In this document: piece after piece, positions 17,839 through 29,900 of the stretch
Position numbering within the stretch: position 1 is the stretch's first letter
Layout of the letters: every line of letters starts with the position of its first letter
DNA from: Amoebophrya sp. A120
Taxonomy: Eukaryota; Protista; Dinoflagellata
Direction: 5' to 3'
DNA length: 64,000 bases
Assembly (NCBI GenBank): GCA_905178155.1
Contig: CAJINV010000004.1
Coordinates: 8,004,771-8,068,770 of the forward strand
The notes under the pieces: model-generated
Seen by the model: the letters and a program-made list of their open reading frames with translations, nothing else
What the model was told of the DNA's origin: nothing
Databases searched by the model: none
Position numbers and translations under genes: made by a program

Positions 17839-18209
17839 TGCACCTGTACAGGGCGGGCCGCCCTTGCAGTGCCACTGGCTATGAAAAAAAAACGGGCTGC
17901 CCCGGGTGTGTCAACTGCCCTCTTCCACTCATGCATCAGGGTTTTAGGCATAGGCGTGCTACGCCTACGATTACGAATAGCAGTCTATATTGAAAATCCT
18001 GTTATTTCAGGTTGCCTTTATCTTCAACGCGGAAACGGTATTTTTACCACCACCCGGTGCTGCATTAGTGCTTAGCAGGCCCCCAAACTAGAGAAGGCAG
18101 GCGTCATCACAGCTTTCTATGAAATGCATTTGCATGCTCATTTTTTATATGCGCGCTGTGCTATGGACATGGTCGTCGTGGTGGGTGGAGTGTTCTAGTG
18201 CAGCGTGTC

Positions 18210-18355
18210 TATCAAGTGAAAATATGTCTGGGTCTCGAAGAAGGCAGAGACTTGCCATGCAGTTTTTGCAACTGCAAGGAGGTTTGTAATGGTGCACACC
18301 AACACCGAGCATGACGTCACTAGTGTTCCAGACCCAGGCATATTTGCAACGCATA
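18210..18355 (+). mobile_element. Short family A element
   Basis: tatcaagtgaaaatatgtctgggtct / agacccaggcatatttgcaacgcata. Absent at the homologous site near 25380. Confidence 0.8.
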
Positions 18356-20182
18356 TAATTGTGGTCTGTTGCATAGCAAAAGGAAAAGATTTTTCGCTGG
18401 TTTCGAGCAAGACCACAACGAAAGGGAGCGATTTGTAGCCTATTTGGAGCGCGACGACGACGGCTGGTGGGTCTCCGACGACTTTTGCTAAGTGGCATAG
18501 GGAAGAATCGCCTTCTTGCCAGCATTAAAACGAATCGGTCGTTGCTGCGCAGAAGTTGTTTACGAGAACTTTTTCCTTACGAAAGAAGTGCGGTTGAAAA
18601 TGAAAATCTCCCTTACAGCCTTATTCACAAATCAATGACTATCATTGTATGCGCAGCTGTCCTCGCAGGAGATGAAAAATATAGTTCGAGGATTTTTACA
18701 ATGTTCGCACACACAAATTTTTAACGTCCTCGAACAAGAACCGGTGCTAGTTGCACTATCATGCTATGTTCAAATGATCCAGCCCCCCCACCGAAATCTA
18801 TGACCACGACGAGATTTTTCTTTTACGAGCACCAGTGGTATAAGGGCAATAGATTTACAAATCAGCATAAGAAGAGCACCGCGCCAATTCTAGGTTAGGG
18901 TAACGCGCGCCTGCCTCGTCTTCATCTTCAACCCATTTGAATTTGGTGGCACAGGGTCGTGTAGTGCATTAGAAATACAAAATTATAACCGCATAGCCAG
19001 CTTCGCTACGGACGTGCAAGATTTATAAGTACTGCACCATTCTGGAGTTCTGTTAGATGGCAAGAGAAGACGAGGAAGAAGCAAAGCCAAGTTGCTTGTT
19101 TTTCAGGATGAAAGCCTCTATACATTTTTGCCCCCTCCTCCTCTGTGTATTTTACACGGCGCCCTGTTATAGGTATAGCAGCGCCAAAAAAAAGAATAAG
19201 CCCGAATAAAGCCCGTTTTTTTTCATCCAGAGCAGACAGAACTGGGCTGAAGGAACGTAGCGGCGGATGGGAGTTCTGCGTGATGAAGCGAGATGAAATA
19301 GCTTACCCAAAGTAAGCACAGACAGATGAAGATCCACCAATTTTTGCAGCCCTACTTCCAGAAATAATGACTCTCTGCGCAGCTCCTGCCCCACTCTACG
19401 CTCAGCTGCACGACTTTGGTCCCTCGTGAGGAGGAGTTGTCCGCGAAAAAATAAGCACGACGTACAGCATCGGTTTATTTGTCGCACCGATCGAAATGGT
19501 CCATTATTAATCGTGAAAGCAGCTCGTGAATTTGTGTTGCTCTTTGCTGGATCTTGGAAATAATATAATGTTTTTCTACAAGTGTTCCCGCTGACCGCAT
19601 GGGCGGAAGATCCAGATCCGCATGTTGGGCCCGTTTCCGAAATGGAAATCAGATCAAATTTCCAATAGTGAAAATAAGTTGCAATCGGTGTTGAAAATGA
19701 AATCACCATGCAGATTTTCCGGGATCGTGCTGGGGCCAACATCGGAGGAGGTAATTCACTACTTATAATCCGGTTTTTGTTCTGTGGTCCTTCTCCTTAT
19801 AAAGTGCAATAATTCATCCATTGCCTCCTGCAACGGTACTTACGAACTTACTTCAACCTACATTTTTGAAATCAGTATAAATAGTTTGTTCCCGCCTCCA
19901 CACTGGAAATTATTGTGACACGACTGGTGGCTCTTCGAATTTTCATTGACGTCCTTCGTTTTATCTTGTCGAGAAGTTGTGAACACGACGTGCTTTTGCT
20001 AGTACTTACAGGAACATGTAGAATTTCCCTATACTCGTCTTGTACTCCTTTCATCACGTTGTGAACGTGACGTTCATTTTTTTCTCTATTCGAGTCTTGC
20101 AGCACCAGCACATCAGCTACTCCTAGTAGACCTCCAAACTACACTTTTGCCCTGGTCGTGAGCGGTAAGTATTAGTATCAAG

Positions 20183-22486
20183 ATGAAGATGGCGTTTCCT
20201 CGCTCGGCGTGCCGTTCCTTCTACCCGGCTCGCCTGCGTCAGACGGTTTTCATGGCGGTGCTTCTCGTCGCGACAGGCTGCTCGTCGTCTTTCCTCGGTA
20301 CTAGTCCTCTTCTTGCGCGCGTATCCAATGCTGCAAAAACCGCAATTGCCCCTGAGCGGCCCCTAGGTTGTTCCTCAATAAGATTGATGGTGCGAAATCT
20401 GCTAGGCAAATCATCCACAAGTGGTTTCGGGACTTGTTGGACATGCAGTGCTGCACTAGCGGCCGGTGGACTTAGAAGCCTTACTGGCGGCCGCATCACA
20501 AAGCAGAACTCCGTTGTATTTAGCGTCGTGGTGGTGAAGCTTCTTAGAAGCAGGACAAAAGAACTTCTTCTATGATCCCATACAATCGTCCAGCCTCACG
20601 TCGCACCTGCTGCACATCATGCAAGACGTCGTGCATGACACTTTATTCGGGGCTGCAAAGGGATAATAAACGTCGGTTTTTGCACAGGATGGCATGCGCT
20701 CCAACTTCAGGCATCATCATCTTCAGCTTGGAGCGGCGTGCCCTTACTACACCAGATCGGCCCTGGGGCTGCTCCATCAACCGGTCGTGCGGGCCGTTCT
20801 GCAACACCCGGCCTCTCGGCCGCCGTTCTCCGTCCTCCGCCACTGCCGTCCTCCTCCGCGGCTGGCGCCGTGACTGGTGCTGGAGCGTTATCCTCCGCGA
20901 CTGGAGCGTTATTCTCCGCGACTGGTGCTGCGTCCTCCTCCGCGACTGGTGCGTCCTCCTCCGCGACTGGTGCGTCCTCCTCCGCGACTGGTGCGTCCTC
21001 CTCCGCGACTGGTGCGTTATCCTCCGCGGCTGGTGCTGGAGCGTTATCCTCCGCGGCTGGTGCTGGAGCGTTATCCAGAACGATTTTGGTCCCCCAGGCG
21101 ATGGCCTTCGCAAGCTCTTCCCTGTCCGTCGTCGGTCCTGTTGCGCACGCACTCCAGGTTCAGGCACGACCGGGAGGACAGGGGTCAGGAACTTCCTCGT
21201 CCGAAGCTGGTGCTCCCTTACTGCAGACCGACCAAGCAGGCAATGGGAATGCAACATGTTGCATTTGTCTGGAGGACGACGTTCCGCTACAGGCGCTGTG
21301 TACATCGGTAGATAAAGACGGGAAACTGGTGCACTTTATGTCTCAGGGCAAATATGGATCTGGGTCTGAAAAGACAAAGATGCACGTGCTATTGTCATGC
21401 ATTTTCTGGAATAGACAAGTGGTCTGGAAAGCGAATGCACGCGAAGCCTTTGCAGCGAAGGCTTTTCGATAGTACCTATCCTGCATGAGAAATAATTCCC
21501 TATAATTCGTGTAGCAAAAAGTGGACAGTAGCGTTATTTGGCACTCATGCAATACAGATTTTTGTCTACTCGAAATTTAGCATCACAAGTTGGAGCGCTT
21601 CCAGATGACCCAGACATGTTTGCCATGCATGCACCTTGCGTGCGAGTATTGTCTTGACCAATGGAGGCAGCGGGGAACGGTTCGAAATCCAAAGACCTGC
21701 CCTTTGTGCCGGGCACGGTCTCCCGGGCAGCGGCAAAGGCAGCAAGAGGAGCTGCAAAGGCGGCAAGAGGAACAGCAAAGGCAGCAAGAGGAGCAGCAAC
21801 GAGAATATCCACCTTTCTTGTCTAACGAACTTACTGTGGCACATCAAAACCTTGAACTCGGGCGCGTTGCTAGGTGTTTCGGGGGCACATTGTTTGCAGC
21901 AGCGCCTGCAGTTGCGGGTTATGTCAAGTGCACGGGACACGTCCCCCTTAGTGCACCAGTTTATTGTTTCGACGTAGCGCTAGACCCGGTCGTGAACGCA
22001 TGCGGAAATCCCGTTGTTGCACTTGCTTACGCGTATCAAATGTAAAAATGTCTGGGTCTGGAAGAATGCAACTTGTCATGCTGAATCTGAGGCATGCAAA
22101 AATCTGTGTTGCGTGATTACCAAAAGTCGTCCGGTTTTGACCAAGTCGGGAGAGAGTTCGTCATGCAGGATAGGCATTAGAAAGGTCTCGCAGAATCGGT
22201 CATGCTATGTCCTACATACCAGACCTCGTCGGTCATGGAAAACCTGCATGACAAATCTGGGAATCTTCCAGACCCAGACATTTTTGCAATCCATAACGCG
22301 GGGGTGGGCGCAATCGTCTGCGGGTGTGGGGAATACTGGGTCCGCCAGGCACATTTGGAACGGCGCCACCTTTTGGAACGGCGCCGCCTTTATCATGCAG
22401 AAAGATCCCGTGTAGCAGCAGCCAGGGCCGCTTCTAGGCGGCCGATGGGAGGCGACGGCGCGCCAGCCCAACAGGAGATGAGGTAG
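20183..22486 (+). CDS. Signal-peptide / RING-HC / TM family copy 4, multi-exon
   Basis: Leader RLRQTVFMAVLLV..HALQLQ, SSATGA repeats, CCICLEDD..C..HLACEYC..CPLC, Q/E/R coil, hydrophobic segments, stop TAG at 22484-22486. Three introners. Confidence 0.8.
20322..20691 (+). mobile_element. Degenerate introner
   Basis: tatccaatgctgcaaaaaccg / cggtttttgcacaggat. Removal restores LLA-HALQLQ. Confidence 0.7.
20850..21076 (+). repeat. Coding minisatellite (21/27-bp units, SSSATGA)
   Basis: Tandem tcctccgcgactggtgcg units. Confidence 0.9.
21337..21631 (+). mobile_element. Introner, family A
   Basis: ctgggtctg / gacccagacatgtttgc ends. Repeat CACTT/CACCT. Inside the RING motif. Confidence 0.8.
22034..22295 (-). 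mobile_element. Introner, family A, opposite orientation to 48812-49073
   Basis: Family A TIR. Repeat ACGCG. Interior is the reverse complement of the 10697/48812/52003 copies. Confidence 0.92.
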
Positions 22487-24046
22487 GCCCCGTGGACCTC
22501 CAGACAAGAGTTGCACCCCGACGCGAGGTCTCCCACCCGGAGGAAATCGGTTGGCAGCTTTTAAACAGACCGGTCGCTCCTCCGCAGAAGTTTTTTTAGC
22601 AGTCCCGTCTACGTCGACCGAGTTGGTCCTCTTTCCGATGATAGTATAAACGTTGTTGAAATAAATCAAAATCTCCCGCAACCACTTGCAGCCTTGTAGA
22701 CGACCCACAAATCTATGATTGTCATTGTTTGCGCAGGAGCTCCTGCCACATGAGTGTAGAATAGACTTTCATCGTTCTTCGCAAACCAAAAGCTTTCAAC
22801 AAGGACCACCAGGAGTCCTCGGACTACGAAACTAGTTCTGGTTGAACTATCATCAAGCCATGTTGAAATATCATCCAGCCCGACCATCGAAATCTATGAC
22901 GAGATTTTTCTTTTACGAGTAATACTTACAACTGGTAGAGGCTGGCAATAGATTCACAAATCAGCATAAGAAGAGCACCGCGCCAATTCTAGGTTAGGGT
23001 AACGCGCGCCTTCGTCTTCTTCATTTTCAACCCATTTGAATTTGGTGGCACAGGGTCGTGTGCATTAGTATTAGAAAGACAAAATTATAACCGCATACCC
23101 AGCTTCGCTACGGACGTGCAAGATTTATAAGTAGACTGCATTCTGGAGTTCTGTTAGATGGCAAGAGAAGCCGAGGAAGAAGCAAAGCCAAGTTGACTGT
23201 TTTTCAGGATGTTGAAAGCCTCTATACATTTTTGCCCCCTTCTCCTCTGTCTATTTTGCACGGCGCCCTGTTATAGGTATAGCAGAGCCAAAAGAAAGAA
23301 TAAGCCCGAATAAAGCCCGTTTTTTTTCATCCAGAGACAGAACTGGGCTGAAGGAACGTAGCGGCGGATGGGAGTTCTGCGTGATGAAGCGAGATGAAAT
23401 AGCTTACCCAAAGTAAGCACAGACAGATGAAGATCCACCAATTTTTGCAGCCCTACTTCCAGAAATAATGACTCTCTGCGCAGCTCCTGCCAGACTCTAT
23501 GTACAGCTGCATGACTTTGCTCCCTCGTGAAGAGAAGTTGCCCGCGAAAGAATAAGCACGACGTCCATCGGTTTACAATTTGTCGCACCGATCTAAATGG
23601 TCCATTATTGGTCGTGAAAACAGCTCGTGAATTTGTGTTGCTCTTTGGATCTTGAAAATATAATGTTTTTCTACAGTGTGTCCGCTGACCGCATGGGCGG
23701 AAAATCCAGATCCGCATGTTGGGCCCACTTCCGAAATGGAAATGAGATCAAATTTCAAATGGTGAAAAACTGCAACTATCGGTGTTGAAAATGAGATCAC
23801 CATGCATATTTCCCGGGATCGTGTGGGGCTGGGGACCTCCAACATCGGAGGTAATTCAGTACTCAGTCCGGTTTTTGTAAAATGTGGCCGTATACAGTGC
23901 AATTTCATGATTGTTCCCACAGCACCGGAAGGCTTTTACCCGTACAAACACTTTTTTCTCATTGATCTTGCTGCAACTCTATTCCTAGACACCAATAAGA
24001 ACACAGAAACTACTGCTCCGAGTAGAGGTATAATCCACAACCAAAG

Positions 24047-25012
24047 ATGACGTTTTCTTGTTCATCTTGTCGCTGCTCACAGCTTCGCCTGCGCCAGCTT
24101 GTTCTGCATACGGCGGTGAGTCTCGTCGCGGCAGGCTTTTTTTCCTGCTGTAGTCCTCCTGCAGGTGCGCACGCACTCCAGCTTCAGGCGTCACAGACAA
24201 GGGCGAAATCGCCCGGAGTGTGGTCTCGACAGGGGGTCCTCACCGGTGAGCCATCAGTGCAAGCAGCGGCCACGACGTCGTCGAGTGGAGCCGGTAGGAG
24301 ATTTGATCGGCCACGAGGTCAAGTGGAGCCGCCAGCGACGAACGGACCGGCTTCTAGGAGCTCGGATCGGCTACGAGGTCGAGTAAAGCCGCCAGCGACG
24401 AACGGACCGGCTTCTACCTCCGGAGCTTCTTCCTCCGGCACCCCGGCACTTCCTCCGGCAGCTTCTTCCTCCAACGCGACTCCCGGCGCTTCTTCCTCCG
24501 CAGCTGGCGATGTTGCCGGACGAGGTGCAATATTCCCCATTTGTTTGGAGGACAATGTGAAAGAATGCCCCATTTGTTTGGAGGACGTTCCGGCGGACCG
24601 CATGAAGAAAATGTGTTTTGCAGTGACAAGTGACGGACAGCAAAAGCCACACTTTGTATGCGTGCCGTGCGCGGGGGAGTGTCGAAAGAAGTGGGGATCG
24701 TTGCGGTGCCCCGTGTGCAACGGTCCGTCATATGAGCGGGAAATGGTGGATCTAGTTCTACGTCGAAATCTATGGCTTCATGTTGGCGGTTTTTGTGCAC
24801 TACACATTAAAAAGTGGTGTGCAAGGGCCGCTATCCTCGGGGCCGGATGTACTGTAGTATCGGCAGCGACCGGATGTGCAGTTGCTGTTCCGGGGGTGGG
24901 CGCACTCGCTTGCGGGTGCGGAGCATATATGGCAGAAAGGTTATATCTCTGCGCTTATCGTGCAGCAAGACAGCACACGCCTCACACGACCAGCACAGCA
25001 CGCCCCTGCTAG
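24047..25012 (+). CDS. Signal-peptide / RING-HC / TM family copy 5 (main exon, probable last exon ends at TAG 25445-25447)
   Basis: 321-aa ORF: leader ..GAHALQLQ, CPIC..C..HFVCVPC..CPVC, hydrophobic Cys/Gly/Ala segments. atggcgtaggcccc at 25439 aligns with the copy 4 stop context atgaggtaggcccc. Confidence 0.82.
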   Translation: MTFSCSSCRCSQLRLRQLVLHTAVSLVAAGFFSCCSPPAGAHALQLQASQTRAKSPGVWSRQGVLTGEPSVQAAATTSSSGAGRRFDRPRGQVEPPATNGPASRSSDRLRGRVKPPATNGPASTSGASSSGTPALPPAASSSNATPGASSSAAGDVAGRGAIFPICLEDNVKECPICLEDVPADRMKKMCFAVTSDGQQKPHFVCVPCAGECRKKWGSLRCPVCNGPSYEREMVDLVLRRNLWLHVGGFCALHIKKWCARAAILGAGCTVVSAATGCAVAVPGVGALACGCGAYMAERLYLCAYRAARQHTPHTTSTARPC

Positions 25013-26920
25013 TGCACCTGTACAGGGACGAGGGCCGTTCTCCTCTTGCGTAGTTGCTAACGTGTACTGTGACAAAGGCCCGGGTTGTCGGTGTATTGTT
25101 CAGTGCCCTCTTTCAGCATCAGTCATGCAGCATGGGTCTATCGCTCCTGATGGGTATGCGAAAGCGAATAAGTAATATTTTAGTAGAGGTTTTTATGTTC
25201 ATTTACGAAACTACACCATATGTTCCGCAGTCGATATGGTACTAATATGTCCGCAGGCCTCCGATGACGACTGTAAAAGACATGCATCAGCACAGCTTTC
25301 TCTGAATTGCGTAGATACTCTCTCATTTTTTGTATGCGCGTTGTGCTACGGTGGTCGTGGGAGTGTTGTAAAGCGTGTCTGCTGCATAGCAAGGAGAGGC
25401 GAGTACAAGACGCGTGGCGGCAGATGGAAGGCGAAGGGATGGCGTAGGCCCCATGGACCTCCGCAAAAGAATTGCACCCGGACGAACTGGGTGGTGCTAT
25501 CGCTTTCTTGCCAGCATTTAAACAGACCGGTCGCTCCTCCGCAGAAGTTTTAGCAGTCCCCGCTACGTCGACCGAGTTGGTCTACTTCTTTACGATGGTA
25601 GTATAAACGTATCGTTGAAAATCAAAGTAAACGCTCGCAACCACCTCTTGCAGCCTTGTAAATAACCCAAAAATCAATGATTGTCATTGTTTGCGCAGAA
25701 GCTGCCAGCATGCGAGTGTAGTAGACTTTTATCATTCATCTTCGCAACCACAAATTTTTAACAAGGACCACCAGGAGTCCTCGGACAACGAAACTAGTTC
25801 TGGTTGAACTATCATCAAGCCATGTTGAAATATCATCCAGCCCGACCATCGAAGTCTATGACGAGATTTTTCTTTTACGAGTACTACTGGTAGAACTACC
25901 TGGCAATAGATTTGCAAATCAGCTGCATAAGAAGAGCACCGCGCCAATTCTAGGTTAGGGTACTTGACGCGCGCGTTCGACGTCTTCTTCATTTTCAACC
26001 CATTTGACGTCCTCAACACAGGGTCGTGTGCATTAGAAATACGAAATTATAAGCGCATTATACCCCGCTTCGCTACAGACGTGCAAGATTTACAAGTACT
26101 GCATTGTTCTGGAATTCTGTTATATGGTGAGAGGAGAGAACGAAGAAGCAAAGCCAAGTTGACTGCTTTATTTCAGAATGAAAATCTCTACATTTTTGCC
26201 CCCTCCTCCTCTGCCTATTTTACATAGGCGGATATGAAGCAGACTTGTGTCTGCGATTTTGCCTATTTTGATACAACACGGCGCATCGTTATAAGTATAG
26301 CAGCGCCAAAACAAAACAAAAAAAAAGCCCGAAAGAACTAGTACAGCCAGCACATTAGGGACGAGGCCAAATGTCTTTTGTTCTTGAGGTGATTTATTTC
26401 ATCAAGTTGTAGATCCCCTTTTTGCCATCAAGTCGCAAAATATTAATCGGTGTCGACTAAAAGTGAAGTCGGTATTATGATCGGTGCGCTGTCTATCACA
26501 TGAATAAATACGGGCGCGTCGTGTGCTGTCTAGTCACATGAAATAGTATCGGTTATTCGCAGACGAGTATCCGAAGAAGTTCTTCGGTTCCGGGACCACA
26601 CATCGATCATGTAAACGAGCATTCATTGTTGCTCTACTCGGTTATTTGCCGTTACAAGGGAAGACCAAGACGTCGGTGATTCCTCGGCATTTTTGCTCCA
26701 ACGCTGCGGTTTTTGGATGCACTTGTCCTCTCATTTCGGCATTTATTTCTTCACGCAGAGGAGAAGTTAGTCGTCGTGACTCTACTTCGCTAGTGTGATC
26801 GTATAATTGTTCCCGACATTTATTTTAAACATGCGTAAATAGAATAGTTGCTGTTTCCTACTTGAAGAAGTCGAATAAATACGAGTAGAACCAAACTTCT
26901 TTTGCACACAAAAAAACAAG

Positions 26921-29900
26921 ATGACCATCGACGCCGGTTCCCCCCCGGGAGCTGCCGTACTACCCTCGTCGTCGGACGACTTTCTGCATTTTGTATTCTA
27001 ATGTAAAAACGTCTCCACAGAAGTCAAGTTGGGATTTCTTCAAGAGAAATCAGCAAGCTTTGGCTGTTGCGCATGACAAGTTCTTTTGGCTCGCAATGTT
27101 GTTATCGCGTCGAGCTAGTTGTGCGCCGGCATCACAAATCGAGCGTCTCATGCTGCTTCGAGCATTACAAATTGAAATTTCAAATCAGCTCTAGAAAATG
27201 CGTCTCAAGTGGCTCCGCATGAGAAACATTTATTTCTTTCTCACCATGCAGGAGACTTGTGGGGATGTTTTTACACAGGATATTTTGACGTCGCTGTTCT
27301 CGGTGGCGGCCCGGTTGGCCTCAAAGCGGCCTACGACGCTGTATGCATTCCAAACCTGTCTGGAATGTCTGGTGCTTTCAAGTGCAGCCAACAAGCGTGA
27401 TATTTTCCCTTGACCCCGTCTAAAAAATCTGATACGTAGAACCACGGATGACAAGAAATTGCGTCTTTGCATGACAAGAGAGCAATGTCTTTGCTGGCTA
27501 CGTCGCAAGAGCAAGACAGATTTTTATAACAACGCGAGACATGCAACACAAGTTCCACTTACTTATTTTCCAGACCCAGACAACTTTGCATTCGATACGG
27601 TGCCACCAGCGGCAAGACCGTATGCGTTATCGACCCTCTGTTTTCCCTTCACGGACTCCTATCCTGAGGAAAAACGATCCCACGATCCGGTAGTTGTGGT
27701 CATGCAGATTTGCATATACAGGAACGTTTGTAAATAAAATGCGCATCCCCATCTATCACGAGAGGCACCATTTATTGATGTAGTCGCGTGTTGATAAACT
27801 TGTATCATGTTGTAAACAGGATCATAGCAGATGCTTGTGTGATCCGCGGCTGTAGTAGTCCACGCTAAGCTACGCTACAACTACAGGAGGATGCGTCACC
27901 CCCAAGAAGTTCCACTGATTTGTGTGGCAAAGTTCTTATTTTAACTTTATCAGGTGAGCGTGAGGACGTTTTTACACCGGATATCTGCCCACCGGGGGAC
28001 ATTCCAAATGCCTCCGCGAGGCCGCCCACCACCCCGACCAGCTGGTCGCCGCGGGAGCCGCGATGATGACTACTACGGCGGATAGTAGTGGTAAAGAGAA
28101 CAAAACGGACACTGACAAATGGCCCGGCATCTCGAAGATCCTGAGTCGCGTAGCGATGACGGCCGAACGCGGTGCTAGTCAATTGACAACGCTGCTGCGG
28201 ATCGAAGTGTTGCGGGGGAGCGCCGAGTTCGTGTATGATGAGCCAGAAATTGAGGCTATGGAGCTGCAGGTGGAGAAGCATTCTAAAAGCCCTGAACAAA
28301 TGGATGCTTCTCAATCTCCAGCAACAGAAACTACAGCAGAAAAGCCTGCGGAGAAAAACCCAACGAAAGACGAGGCAGATGAAGCGAAGAAAGAGAACAA
28401 AGTCAAGTTGAGCAAAAGTCGCAGCATGATCCAGACGCGCGGATCGCTCGGCGGAGCCGGCGGGCGGGCGCCGATCAAGATCCAAGTGAAAATGACGAAT
28501 TCGACGGCAGCAGCTGCTGCAAAAGATTTACACACGGCAGGCCAGATGGTGCACTGTGAGTTTTGCGTTCTGGCCACAGGGTCGTGCGGTGTGCGGAGAC
28601 CTCCGGTGGATTTCTCGCTCCCTTTCTGCTACTGCTCCGACAGTATTCGTTCCATCGCGTATTTACCTAAGAAAGTGGTGGTCCTCGGTGGGGGCATAAT
28701 CGGTGTGGAGTACGCTCAAATTTTCGCGCAGTTGGGAAGCGAGGTTCATGTGGTCGTGTATCAAATGTAAAAATGTCTGGGTCTGGAAGAATTCACGTTT
28801 GTCATGCTTGTCTGGCATGACTCTTAAATCTGTCATGCACGTTACGCAAGAGCTCCGTTTTGCTGTGATGCAGAAGCGCAGTTTGTCATGCAGAATAGGC
28901 AACACCTAGGAGCTCAGAAACTTGTCATGCTGAGCCAGCACTTGTGGCCGCCTCATGATACGCCAACCAGCATCACAAGTTTCCAGACCCAGGCATTTTT
29001 ACATTTGATATCGTGCGGGGAAAGTCCATTGCCGAAGTTTTGGATGAGGACCTACAGGAGCTGTTGAAGACCAAAATGAAGGAGGTGGGTATCACGTTTC
29101 ATTGGGGCACGGTGGTCGAAAAAACTTCGGCGGGAATCGAAGAAGGAGAAGAAACTGGACATCCAAGTCAAAAAGCGAAAACAGGTTGTGTCGCTTTTGT
29201 GAAAAACAAAGACGAGAAATTTCAACTGGACAATGTGGACTGTGTCCTGCAATGCATGGGGCGCGAGGGCAATGTGAAAGGGCTTGGTCTGGAGAAACTG
29301 AAGATTGACATCGGCCGCGGAAATTTTATATCCGTGGATAATATCAAATGCAAATATTTCTGGGTCTGGCGGAAAGTTGGAATTTGTAATGCTAGCTCTA
29401 CATGTAAATTCCGTTCCCGGGAGATCTGTATTGCATAACCAGCAAACGTGGCAGCCATTTTTGTCATGCAAAAACGCAGTTTCTCATGCGGAGAAAGCGT
29501 TCCGAAAAGTTGTCATGCTGGGCTGCATTCGAAATTGTTGCCATTATCCACCTTTTACTACTAGCATTGCAAGTTTATTCCAGACCCAAATCGATATTTG
29601 CAATGCATATATAAAGTGACCCAGCAAGTGGTCAGCACCCCGAACAAGAAGGAACCGGAAAATAAAGGCGGCGAGGACCACAAGGAAAACAGCCAGAACA
29701 ACGAGAAAACCGCCACTGTAGATGCAGCAAAAGCGGAACAAATCAAGGCCAACGATTTAGCTCTCGCGGACCTCCGTGCCCGGATCTACGCGGTTGGAGA
29801 CGTGGCCGGCGCTGGGCTTGCCACGCAGGGTCAGGACATGGCTAGACGCGCGGTCCTGCACATTGTGCAGTCGTCCGCCGCGCGACTGGGGGGTGGTGGG

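Larger units (their letters stand above)
18790..26310. repeat. Segmental duplications between array units
   Basis: 18790-19750 matches 22888-23850 and partly 25850-26310. 22490-22920 matches 25445-25880 (e.g. gaagagcaccgcgccaattctaggttagggta occurs three times). Confidence 0.85.

Noticed and set aside
7950-24110. RxLR/PEXEL export motif in the RLRQ/RLRH leader
   Set aside because: The motif precedes the hydrophobic segment rather than following the cleavage site, and does not fit either consensus.
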